Source of the DNA: a virus
Taxonomy: Duplodnaviria > Caudoviricetes
DNA length: 64,000 nt
Direction: 5' to 3' (one strand)
IMG/VR virus record: IMGVR_UViG_3300035499_000522
Span: 1 to 64,000 of that record
Program-made: the position numbers and the translations under genes
The notes under the pieces: model-generated
Told to the model about the DNA's origin: nothing
What the model saw: only the letters and a program-made list of their open reading frames with translations
Databases searched by the model: none
Part shown: piece by piece, positions 52,124-62,587 of the stretch
Layout of the letters: every line of letters starts with the position of its first letter
How positions within the stretch are numbered: the stretch's first letter is position 1

Positions 52124-53335
52124 TTGAGTAAATTTTTTCTTGATACAAATATTTTGCTTGATAATAATGTAGAATCTATTGTTGAAAATAATGAATTTTA
52201 TGTTAGTATTATCACATTACAAGAATTAGAGCATATCAAAACTTCTTTTAATAAAGACGAAAGTACAAAAGAAAAAGCAAGAAAAGCGTTGCATTTTTTA
52301 AAAAACAATGAAAATAGACTTCATATAGCAAGTCCATTTGCTGTAGATTCTAATGAATTAAATCATAATAATGATGAATTGATTATTAGTTCAATATTAA
52401 ACTTAGATAAAAAAGATATAACTTTTGTAACAAAAGATTTAGCTTGCTATATGATAGCAAAAAACTATAATATAAATGTATTATATCCTGAAAAGAAAAT
52501 AGAAGAATATCACGGATATAAAGAAATGCGGCTATCACAGGAAGAGGCTGCCGAATTCTATGCTAATGGATATGAAGAAAACAAATATAAACTCTTGAAT
52601 AATGAATATTTAATAATTGCAGATGAATTTGGAAATATATTTGACCATTATAAATATTCAGACAATCAACTTATAAAAGTACCATATACAAAATTTAATT
52701 CTAAAATGTTTGGTAAAATTGTACCTAAAGATGTTTACCAAGAATGTCTTTTGGATAGCTTTAATACAAATAAAGTAACATTAGTAGGCGGACCTGCGGG
52801 CTCAGGTAAAACATTCATGTCACTCGGCTATTTATTCTACTTGCTTGAAAAAGGTGAAATAGATAGAATAGTTATTTTCTGCAATCCAGTTGTCGCTAAA
52901 AATGCCGCAAAGCTCGGATTTTATCCGGGAACCGTGTTGGAGAAGCTACTATCGACGCAAGTTGGAGCCGTACTGTCAAGTAAGCTTGGTGATATTACAG
53001 AAGTTGAAAGATTGGTAAATCAAGGTTCATTGGTTCTTATGCCAGCTGGAGATTCACGCGGCTACGAGGTTCCCGCACATTCTGGTGTATATATTATGGA
53101 AAGTCAAAATCTTGATATTGTACTTTTGAGAATGATACTTCAAAGAATAGGCGAAGATTGTATCACAATAGTAGATGGTGATAGAGAAGAGCAAACCGAT
53201 ATGGAAATTTATGCTAATGATAATAATGGTATGGCTAGAATGTCAGAAGTATTCAAAGGTTCAAAAATATTTGGTCAAGTAGATTTAAAATATATTTATC
53301 GTTCTGAAATTGCATCTATTGCAGATTATATGTGA
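52124..53335 (+). CDS. phoH: PIN plus PhoH-family ATPase
   Basis: LDTNILL PIN; GPAGSGKT, LGFYPG, ESQN, GD..Q.D. Confidence 0.85.
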   Translation: MSKFFLDTNILLDNNVESIVENNEFYVSIITLQELEHIKTSFNKDESTKEKARKALHFLKNNENRLHIASPFAVDSNELNHNNDELIISSILNLDKKDITFVTKDLACYMIAKNYNINVLYPEKKIEEYHGYKEMRLSQEEAAEFYANGYEENKYKLLNNEYLIIADEFGNIFDHYKYSDNQLIKVPYTKFNSKMFGKIVPKDVYQECLLDSFNTNKVTLVGGPAGSGKTFMSLGYLFYLLEKGEIDRIVIFCNPVVAKNAAKLGFYPGTVLEKLLSTQVGAVLSSKLGDITEVERLVNQGSLVLMPAGDSRGYEVPAHSGVYIMESQNLDIVLLRMILQRIGEDCITIVDGDREEQTDMEIYANDNNGMARMSEVFKGSKIFGQVDLKYIYRSEIASIADYM

Positions 53336-53395
53336 AAATAAGGAAGCTTAAATTAATAAGCTTCCTTTTATTATATATAGAAAGGACTGATTTAT

Positions 53396-53818
53396 TTGTC
53401 TTGGGAACATAAACGCACAAAAGCAGTTAAAAGAATTGAGCGTAAAGAACAAGAATGGCAAATTGAAAAAGACCTTTTACAAAGAGAAAGTAAAATTAAA
53501 CAAGAGAAGTAGGAATTTGCAAAATCTAATAAAATGTCTACTTCAAAAAAATTAATATTGTTTTTATTCATTAATTGTACAATTATTGAATTATTTACAA
53601 TATTCGTAACTTTAAAAAGCTTCACATTGGCGGCAGCTACTGGATTAGCAGTTGATTTTACCCCTTTGGTTACCTTAATAGGTGCAATAGTTGGAGAGGT
53701 AATAGGATTTGCTATATATTCACTCAAAGCTGTAAGAGAAAATTGCTAGGGCGGAATCATATATGACCAAGCTATGTAGCAATATATAGAAGATAATGAT
53801 GAAGAACCTAAAGGATAA
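53396..53818 (+). CDS. two-TM lysis-associated membrane protein (3 TAG=Gln)
   Basis: GAAAGGA RBS plus TTG; ENC(Q)GGIIYD. Confidence 0.6.
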
Positions 53819-53830
53819 GGAGAATGAAAT

Positions 53831-54181
53831 ATGATAGAATTTTTAGCTAGTTATTGGTTTATTTTAGTTGCGGCGTTGGCTGTCGGCGCAGTAGCAGGTG
53901 CCGCAATTTTTTATTTTGTTAAACTTCCTTCAAAGGAACAGCTTAATAAGGTAGAGGAATGGCTTTTATATGCAGTAACAGAGGCAGAGAAACAATTAGG
54001 TTCAGGTACTGGTTAGATTAAACTTAGATATGTATATGACCTTTTTATGACCAAATTCCCGGCTGTTGCGAAGTTCATTTCCTTCGACACATTTAGCTCT
54101 CTTGTTGATAACGCATTGACAAAATTTAAAGCCCAATTGGAACAAAATTCTGCTTTACAGGATTATGTTTCATCTAATTAA
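53831..54181 (+). CDS. holin-like protein (TAG=Gln at 54014)
   Basis: N-terminal TM; WLLYAVTEAEKQLGSGTG(Q)IKLRYVYD. Confidence 0.7.
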
Positions 54182-54195
54182 AAGGTGAATTAAAA

Positions 54196-55797
54196 ATGGC
54201 TAACAATAGCTTAGTTAATGAATAGCAAATTTGGGATTATTTCAAACAAAAAATTAATAATGATTTTGGTGTTGCTGCATTAATGGGTAACTTAAAAGCT
54301 GAATCAGGTCTGCAATCAAATATATTGCAGACCTCTTTTGTTTCTAAATTGTCTTTAACAAGTGAAGAATACACTAAACACGTTGATAACAAAAGTTATA
54401 CAAACTTCACTAATGATGGGGCGGGGTATGGGTTGGCACAATGGACTTATCATACACGCAAATAGGCTTTATTAGATTATGCTATTTCAAAAAATAAATC
54501 AATAGGCGATTTAGAAATGCAAATGGAATTTTTATACAAAGAATTACAAGAATCATTTCCCAAAGTATTAAATAGTTTAAAAAATGCTTCTACTATTTTT
54601 ACTACTTCTAATATAGTACTAACAGAATTTGAAAACCCAAAAGATTAGAGTATTGCTGTTCAGATAAAAAGAAGTACATATGCTCAAGAAATATATGATA
54701 AATATTCAAGAGTAAATGTAAATGGAGGTAAAGAAATGGCAGATTCAATTAAGATTATATAGAAATTTAATACGAGAAATACAACTCCATTAGCTAATAG
54801 AAAAATTGAGTGGATTGTATTTCATTATACCGCTGGAACAAGTTCTAAAAAAGGAAGTGCAGAAAGCCTTGCTAATGGCTATGCAACTAATATGGTTGCT
54901 TCCTCTGATTTTACTGTTGACGATGAAACTATTGTATAGTATAATCAAGATATTAAAAATAGATACACTTGGGGAGTTGGAGGAGCTAAATATACCACAA
55001 TGACAACTTCTCTTGGCGGTTAGTATTATGGCAAATGCACCAATAGCAACTGCATAAATGTTGAAGTATGTAGCAATAAAACTAATAAAAGTTCTTTATA
55101 GGCTACTGATACAGATTGGTATTTTACAGATGCGGAAATAGAATTGTCAATATTATTGATTAGATATTTAATGAAACAATATAGTATTGATATAAATCAT
55201 GTTATAATGCATCACTAGGTAACTGGTAAGATATGTCCTAATCCTTGGACAGTAAATGAAAGTAGACTTAGTAATTGGTATAATTTTATAGCAAAAATAA
55301 AAGCAGCTAGCGTGCCAACGGTAACATATACAAGTGCGGCAACTACGTCTACTACTTCTAGTACCTCGACCAATACTTCCAATACCAGTTTTCCCGCAGT
55401 TCCATTTACAGTTAGCGTAATTGTATCAGATTTAAATTATAGAAGTCAACCTTCTATGTCAGGTACAATTAAAGGATAGACTGGTAAAGGTACATTTACA
55501 ATTACACAGGTATCTAATGGATGGGGAAAACTTAAATCTAATGGTTATTGGATTTATTTAGAAAACAAAAACTATTGCACTATTGGTAAAACAGTAAGTA
55601 CAACTACAAGTACAGAATATAAAGTAAAAGTTACTGCTAATGTTTTAAATGTAAGAGCGGGTGCGGCAACTACATATAAGGTTACTGCATAGATTAAAAA
55701 AGGTGAGATTTATACAATAGTAGAAGAGAAGAATGGCTGGGGTAAATTAAAATCTGGTATAGGCTGGATTTCATTAAATTACACTGAAAAAGTTTAA
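54196..55797 (+). CDS. endolysin: tail-lysozyme domain, amidase_2 and two SH3b-like domains (10 TAG=Gln)
   Basis: MGNL.AESG, GYGLAQWT, FENPKD(Q)S; HYTAG, HH(Q)VTGKICP; two WGKLKS repeats. Confidence 0.85.
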
Positions 55798-55802
55798 TAT
55801 AT

Positions 55803-55842
55803 AGGCAAGTATATAGAATTTATATACTTGCCTTTTTCTTTT
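55803..55842 (+). terminator. intrinsic terminator after the endolysin
   Basis: AGGCAAGTATATA-loop-TATATACTTGCCT then T-tract. Confidence 0.8.
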
Positions 55843-56265
55843 TCCTTTAAGGAAGAAATCATTTGACTTCAAAAAAATTTTTTGTTATAATTATAAAGGG
55901 ATTTGAAATTAAGGCAAAGAAAGGTCAGAGGTATAAAGATGCTTATAAATAAAGATAATATTAATAAATATATATTAGATATTAAAGAAAATAATAATAT
56001 TGATTTAAAAGAATTAAGAGAAGATGATATAGTTATATTTCATTTTAATTACTTTGATTATACTCCACAAGAACTTCAACATATGTTTGATATTGTTCGT
56101 AGAGATTTAAATTGTAAAGTAGTTTTTATACCAAATAATATAGATATTGAAATCAAGAATGAAAAAAATTAATATAACATTGAATAACATATCTTTTAAT
56201 TGAAAAATATTAAAAGATATGTTATAATTATTATATAAGAAAAATAAGAAAGGAAATAAAGATTA

Positions 56266-59200
56266 ATGGAAAGATATGATATTAATTCAATTGAATCTTT
56301 AACGACCTTGGAAGGATTTAGGCTACGTCCGCAAATGTATCTTGGAAGTAATGATATTGAAGGTACATATCAAGCGTTCAAAGAAATCCTTAATAACTCA
56401 ACAGATGAAAGTCTTGAAGGTTATGGTACTAATATTTATGTTACAGTAAATGAAAAAACAAATGAAGTAAGTGTTCTTGATGAAGGTAGAGGCGTTCCAT
56501 TTGGCATAAGAGAAGATGGCGAAAATGTCTTAGTTTCAGTTTATACTAAACTTCACGTTGGCGGCAAGTTTAATCATAAGAATTATTCCAATAGTGCAGG
56601 TATGAATGGTTGCGGCGGCAGTGCAGTTTGTGCAACCTCTTCTAAGTTTACTGTTGTTAGTTATAAAGATGGCAAAATGGCAACTGCGGAATTTGTAGAA
56701 GGAGTAAATACCTCTTATAAGGAAGAAAAGACCGACCATATAAATGGTACATATGTACGATTCACGCCAGATAAAAAGGTTTTTTCACTTGAAGAAATTC
56801 AGTATTCTTTTGATAGAATTTGTAAGGAAGTAGAAAATTCAAGTTTCTTTAATAAAAAGGTTAATTTCTATGTAACTAATGAAGAAACAAATGAAAAGAA
56901 ACATTATTATTCTGAGAATGGCATTGCAGACTTTATTAAAGACAAAGTTAAAAAGCCTTTAATGAAGAAGCCCATTATTTGTACGGCTAAAGATGAAGAA
57001 GATGAAATTGAAATAGCATTTATTTGGTCAAGCGATATTTCGCAGTCTTATGTTTTTGTCAACGGGCTCTTTTGTGTCGAGGGTGGAAGCCCTATAACGG
57101 GAGCTAAAACCGCCATCACAACTCAGTTTAAGAAGCTAAGCGGTAAGGAATTTGACCCAGAGTTGATAAGAAAAGGTCTTGTATATGCAATTAATTGTAA
57201 GGTTAAAAATCCTTCATTTGCAAATCAGACTAAATCAAAAATTAACAATCCTAATTTGAGAACTTTAGCTTCACAAGCATTTAAAGATGGTTTGACAATG
57301 TTTTCAAAGACACCAGATTTTAATGCTATTGTTGAAATGCTTAACAAGGTTCAGAAAGCGGAAGATGCCGCAGACCGGGCAAGAAAGCAAATTCTTGAAA
57401 CCGGTAAAGAAATTGAAAGAAATCAACATAAGAAGGTTTTTAATTCAGATAAATTAAAAGATGCGAAGAACTTAGGCAAAGATTCTGTACTCTTGATTGT
57501 AGAGGGAAATTCGGCTGCAGGAGGCATCGCTAATGCAAGAGATTATAAGAAGTACGGTATCTTGGCAGTAAGAGGTAAAATGCTTAATTGTATCCGTAAT
57601 AATGATGAAAAAATTGCACAAAATGAAGAGATTACGCTTCTTTTAAAAGCTATGAATATAGTGCCCGGTAAGTATGATAGTAAGAAGCTTCGATACGGGA
57701 AAATTGGCATCTGCACAGATGCAGATAGTGACGGTCAAAGAATAATGATGGCCGATGAAAAACTTTTCGCCTAACATCAAGGCGGGTAATATCTAAGAGA
57801 TATTGCTAACGGGGAAGCCTAAACTAAAATAGCATGGTAATCCCGTGGCAAACTTTTATTCTTTATATCTGTTTAATATATAAAGAATAATTGAAGCTGT
57901 ATCGACTATTCCCTAAGTCTTATGGGCAGGGAAGTAGGGCTGCTATTGATACGCAGCAGCATTTTAGGAAACGAATTGCTTTAAATGCCGAAATGGTTTC
58001 CTTTCTCATAAAGAGAAAGTAAAAGTTAGTCAGTGCTAATAGAAATATTAGATAAAACGTATCACATTGGGTTACTGGTGATGTCAGTTCTACGGTATTT
58101 AGCTCCTCAATTCTTGGAAGAGGGCAGATTATGCTGGCTCCGCTCACCACTTTATATAGTAAAAAATGGTAAGAAAGAAAGTTATTATTTCACAGATGAA
58201 GAAATGAATGCAGCAAGAAGTTCAATAACTGGTGAGGTGCAAAGAAATAAAGGGTAAGAGATAGTCTGGCCCTCAGATGTTTTTCCGCTTATCGGCGGGG
58301 TTAAAAGAATAAAATCTTTTAGCTAACGAGGTAGTCTAAATTTTTATTTTCTATTAAAAAATCTTGGTTAATTTAGGTTAACCTAATTTTAATAAAATTT
58401 TTATATAATAGAAAATAAAAACACGATAATCTCGTGGGAAGAAGGAGATTTTATTCAATGAGTATTGGAATTTATAAATTTGAGAACAAAATTAATGGTC
58501 ATATCTACATTGGACAAAGTTTAGATATTGAAAGAAGATATAAATAGCATATATACGATTCTAATAATTTAGATTCAAGGAATGGCTGCGGTGTAGATTA
58601 TGCAATTAATAAATATGGAATAAACAATTTTAATTTTTCTATTGTTGAATTATGTGAAGTAGAAAAGCTTGATGAAAAAGAGAAATATTGGATTTCTTTT
58701 TACAATTCTTTTGAAGAAGGATATAATAGAACTATTGGAGGAAAATCCCTTAGAGGAGAAGACCATCCTAGAGCACTCTTATCAGAAAAAGAAGTATGGG
58801 ATATTCGTGAAGAATATGCAAAAGGAACTCTTAGGAGTAAAGCAATAGCACCTTATATTGAAAAAGGATTTAGCGAAAGAAGTTTAATAAAAGTATGGAA
58901 TAATGAAACATGGATTGGCGTTCATAGTGATGTATATAATAAAGAAAATAAAGAAAAACATAAAAATCAATCTATACCCTCTAATTTTGTAGGAATAAAT
59001 AATGAACAAAGAGGATATTCAAAAGAAGAAGTAAATTTAATGTTAAATGATTATAAATCTGGAATGACTATTAATGCTATAGCTAAAAAATACCATCACG
59101 ATAATAATACAGTAAAAAAGTATTTATTAAATCCTAATTTTAAGCCAACAAATTCTTCAAATCAAGGTAGAAAAGTTAAAAATATTGAAACTCAATTAAC

Positions 59201-59670
59201 CTTTAACTCCATATCTGCTGCGGCAAGATGGGCAAAATGTGGAGCAACAACTTTATCAAATCATTTAGCTAGCGATGGAGCGGCTGGAAAAATTCCAAAT
59301 ACAAATGAAATAGCTCATTGGATAGAATTGAATTAACCTGTATCGACCATTCCCGTTGTTGGGAAGTACCGCTACTATTGATACGTAGTTTGATTTTAGG
59401 AAACGAAGTCAATTAAATGGGGAAACGGCATCCTCTTTTAATAAAGAGAAGAAATGGTCAGTATCTTTAGAAATAAAGAAATAATACGTAGGCGCCCTGT
59501 CACCAGAGCAAGCGAGAAGGTCAATGTTCACTCCTGAATTTCAGAGAATGGATACTTTAGTTTACTCGCAAGAAGCTATTGAATTATTGGATTATTTAAT
59601 GGGCGAAGAAGTTGACTTTAGAAAAGATTTTATCTTTAATAATGTTGATTTTAGTGAAATAAAAGAATAA
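56266..59670 (+). CDS. gyrB: type II topoisomerase B subunit; exons 56266-57735, 58060-58255, 59489-59670
   Basis: RPQMY, EGNSA, RGK; splicing restores DADSDG|YHI and RNKG(L)GAL...LMGEEVDFRKDFI. Confidence 0.9.
57736..58059 (+). mobile_element. group I intron 1 in gyrB (no ORF)
   Basis: 5' exon ends in U, intron ends in G; P1 CGGU/GCCG, P10 UGAUG/UAUCA; core GCTAACGGGGAA..ATCCCGTG, TATCGACT..AGTCAG. Confidence 0.85.
58256..59488 (+). mobile_element. group I intron 2 in gyrB carrying a homing endonuclease
   Basis: P1 AGGGU/GCCCU, terminal G; core closely similar to intron 1. Confidence 0.85.
58458..59336 (+). CDS. GIY-YIG homing endonuclease (TAG=Gln at 58545)
   Basis: GIYKF...IYIGQS..R..(Q)H, E.YWI, GYN.T.GG; AGGAG RBS. 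Confidence 0.85.
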
Positions 59671-59734
59671 TCTTTATTTACTTTAAAAATTATGATATAA
59701 TTAATATATAATAAAAAAGAAAGGAATATTGTAA

Positions 59735-62086
59735 ATGGCAAATGTAGATTTAAAAGATGTCATTGAAGAAAGCTTTATACAATATAGTGGTGCAGTTCTC
59801 CAGTCAAGAGCATTGCTTGATGTAAGAGATTGTTTGAAGCCTTCCGCAAGACAAATTTTCTATTGCTTGTATACAGACAATTTTCTTCCATCTAAACCTT
59901 TCAAAAAGACGTTGAAGGCGATAGGCGCGATAGCTCGGTTATACATCCACGGAGATGCTTCCGCAGAAGGCGTAATAATGAGGGCTGGGCAGCCCTTTGC
60001 CATGCGTTACCCCCTTATGGAGATTGAAGGTAATGCGGGAAACCTTATTGAAACTGGTAACTGGGGTGCTCCAAGATATACTTCTTCAAGATTGTCAGAA
60101 GTATCAACTCAGCTATTTGAGGATGTAAATAAAAATACAATAGATGAATGGCGTGATAATTATGATGATACTGAAAAGTATCCATCAGTTCTCCCATCAA
60201 AAGGCTTCTATAACATTGTAAATGGTACACTGGGTATAGGCATTGGTGTAAGTAGTTCTATACCTCAGTTTAATTTACGTGAAGTTAATAATGCATTAGC
60301 AACATTACTTAAGCATCCAGATTGTGATTTTAATGATATTTATTGTATTCCAGATTTTGCAACAGGCGGATTCCTAATAAACGAACCTGAGGTAAAGGAA
60401 TCCTTGAAGAAAGGTACTGGTGCTGCCTGTGCACTTAGAGCAAAAATAGATTATGATAAAGGCGAACATACATTAAAAATTACAGAAATACCATATGGAG
60501 TATATACAAACACAATATGCGAAGAACTTGAAGCGATAATTGAAGATGGCTCTTGTCCTGATATAGACAAATTTATAGATTTAACAGGTGAGCAGCCGCT
60601 TATTGAAATATATTTAACACCTAACGCAAAAATAAACAAAGTAATTAGCTTCTTATATAAGAATACTTCATTGCAGTATTATTATGGCATTAATATGACA
60701 ATGCTTGATAATGGTAGATTCCCTAAAGTATATGGATGGCGGGAAGCCCTCCAAGCCCACATTAATCACGAAAAGAGCGTATATAGAAAAGGATTTGAAT
60801 TTGATTTAAACAAAATTAAAGAGAGAATCCATATTCTTGATGGTCTTTTGATTTGTTTGAATAATATTGATGCTGTTGTTAAGATTATTAAAGAATCAGT
60901 TTCAACAACAGAAGCTAAGATAGCATTACAGAATAAATTTAAATTGGATAGACCCCAAGTAGATGCTATCTTAAATATGAAACTTTCAAGATTGGCTCAT
61001 CTGGAAACTGAAAAGCTTATTAAGGAAAAGGAAGAGTTAGATAAAGAAGCTAAAAGGATTGAAGCTATTTTATCAAGTGAATCCGCTCTTAATAATGTAC
61101 TCATTCAAGGTTGGGAAGACGTAGCTAATAAGTATGGCGATGAAAGACGTACAAAAGTAATCACGATTGAAAAAGAGAAGGAAGAGGAAGAACTACCTGA
61201 ACCAGCAAAGGTAGTAGTAATACTTGAAGAATCAGGAAATATTAAGAGAGTTCCTTTAGTATCCTTTAAAATTAGCAAGAGAAATTCAAAGGGCATTAAG
61301 ACAAAAGAGGATACAATTATATCAACAATTTCTACTAATACTATTGACACATTAACACTGTTTACGGACAAAGGTAAGATGTATAGATATTCAGTAAATG
61401 ATATACCAGACGATACAAAAGGCGTTTCAATATATAATTTAATAGATTTTGCGGAAAATGAAAAAGTAATTGCGGCAACATCGCTTTATAGAAACTCTAA
61501 AGCTAAGTATGTAGTATTTATAACCAAAAATGGAATGATTAAGAAAACAGCTATTGAAGAATATGGTAATGGTAAAATGGGAAAAGGTATTACCGCCCTT
61601 AAATTATCATCAGGAGATAGTTTAGCAAATGTAACTTTCATAGATGATGAACAAATGATTGTTGTAAGTAAAAAGGGATACGCTATTAGATTTGAAACTA
61701 AAGGCATTGCACCTGTTGGTAGAGCTGCTCTTGGAGTAAAGGCAATAGGCTTAGTTGATAATGATGAAGTCCTTATAGGTATTCCTATCCATAAAGAAAG
61801 TGATGATTTAGCAACATTTACAGATAATGGTATAGCAAAGAAAACAGCATTAAGTGAGTTCCCAATTCAGCAAAGGGCGGGAAGAGGATTATTAACGTAT
61901 AAGGCTTCTGAATCAACAGGCAATCTTATAGGTGCGGCAACTGTAGATGCGGAAGACCATATAATCATTACTGGACAGCCAAATTCAACCTGCGTCGCCG
62001 CAAAAGAAATTCCATCTCTTGGAAGAGTTAGTATTGGCGTTAAAATGATTAAAGATAGCAAAGTATTATCAATCACTAAGATATAA
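59735..62086 (+). CDS. gyrA: type II topoisomerase A subunit with beta-pinwheel CTD
   Basis: RDCLKPS.R, HGD, APRYT active Tyr, PDFATG, pinwheel repeats. Confidence 0.9.
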   Translation: MANVDLKDVIEESFIQYSGAVLQSRALLDVRDCLKPSARQIFYCLYTDNFLPSKPFKKTLKAIGAIARLYIHGDASAEGVIMRAGQPFAMRYPLMEIEGNAGNLIETGNWGAPRYTSSRLSEVSTQLFEDVNKNTIDEWRDNYDDTEKYPSVLPSKGFYNIVNGTLGIGIGVSSSIPQFNLREVNNALATLLKHPDCDFNDIYCIPDFATGGFLINEPEVKESLKKGTGAACALRAKIDYDKGEHTLKITEIPYGVYTNTICEELEAIIEDGSCPDIDKFIDLTGEQPLIEIYLTPNAKINKVISFLYKNTSLQYYYGINMTMLDNGRFPKVYGWREALQAHINHEKSVYRKGFEFDLNKIKERIHILDGLLICLNNIDAVVKIIKESVSTTEAKIALQNKFKLDRPQVDAILNMKLSRLAHLETEKLIKEKEELDKEAKRIEAILSSESALNNVLIQGWEDVANKYGDERRTKVITIEKEKEEEELPEPAKVVVILEESGNIKRVPLVSFKISKRNSKGIKTKEDTIISTISTNTIDTLTLFTDKGKMYRYSVNDIPDDTKGVSIYNLIDFAENEKVIAATSLYRNSKAKYVVFITKNGMIKKTAIEEYGNGKMGKGITALKLSSGDSLANVTFIDDEQMIVVSKKGYAIRFETKGIAPVGRAALGVKAIGLVDNDEVLIGIPIHKESDDLATFTDNGIAKKTALSEFPIQQRAGRGLLTYKASESTGNLIGAATVDAEDHIIITGQPNSTCVAAKEIPSLGRVSIGVKMIKDSKVLSITKI

Positions 62087-62177
62087 CAATTTAATAAGGA
62101 GGGATAAATTCCCTCTTTATTTTTTAAAAAAATTATGATATAATAATTATAGAAAATAAAGAAAGGGATTGATTGAT

Positions 62178-62582
62178 ATGGATAAATTAGCTATACAGAT
62201 TGGCGAATACCTTAAAGCTAAGGATGGAAAAGAAAATGTTATTGTAACTGATTTAATGTTAATTACTGGAAAAGAAAAAAGAGAAATAAATACAGTATTA
62301 GACTATATGCAATATGAAAAGAATTTTATTATAAGAAATACAGATTATATAGAAATTGGTAAAGATGTTAAGAATGGAATAACAACTTATAATGAAATAA
62401 AATATGTTTCTCTTACAGAAAAAGGTAGAAAATATTTTAAAGTTAAGAAAAATAAGAATAAGCAAACAGAATTTATTTCTTCTAATCGCAAGCCTATTTC
62501 TGAATTAGAAGAAGAGTTTAATAAATGTAATGGTTTTCGTATGCTAAGCGTTGATGGAAAAGGTTTTATGGAAAGGGATTGA
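62178..62582 (+). CDS. wHTH-like hypothetical protein
   Basis: promoter, RBS, LTEKG motif. Confidence 0.55.
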   Translation: MDKLAIQIGEYLKAKDGKENVIVTDLMLITGKEKREINTVLDYMQYEKNFIIRNTDYIEIGKDVKNGITTYNEIKYVSLTEKGRKYFKVKKNKNKQTEFISSNRKPISELEEEFNKCNGFRMLSVDGKGFMERD

Positions 62583-62587
62583 TTATT

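Noticed and set aside
56266-57774. gyrB apparently truncated at 502 aa
   Set aside because: The remaining exons are recovered after removing two group I introns
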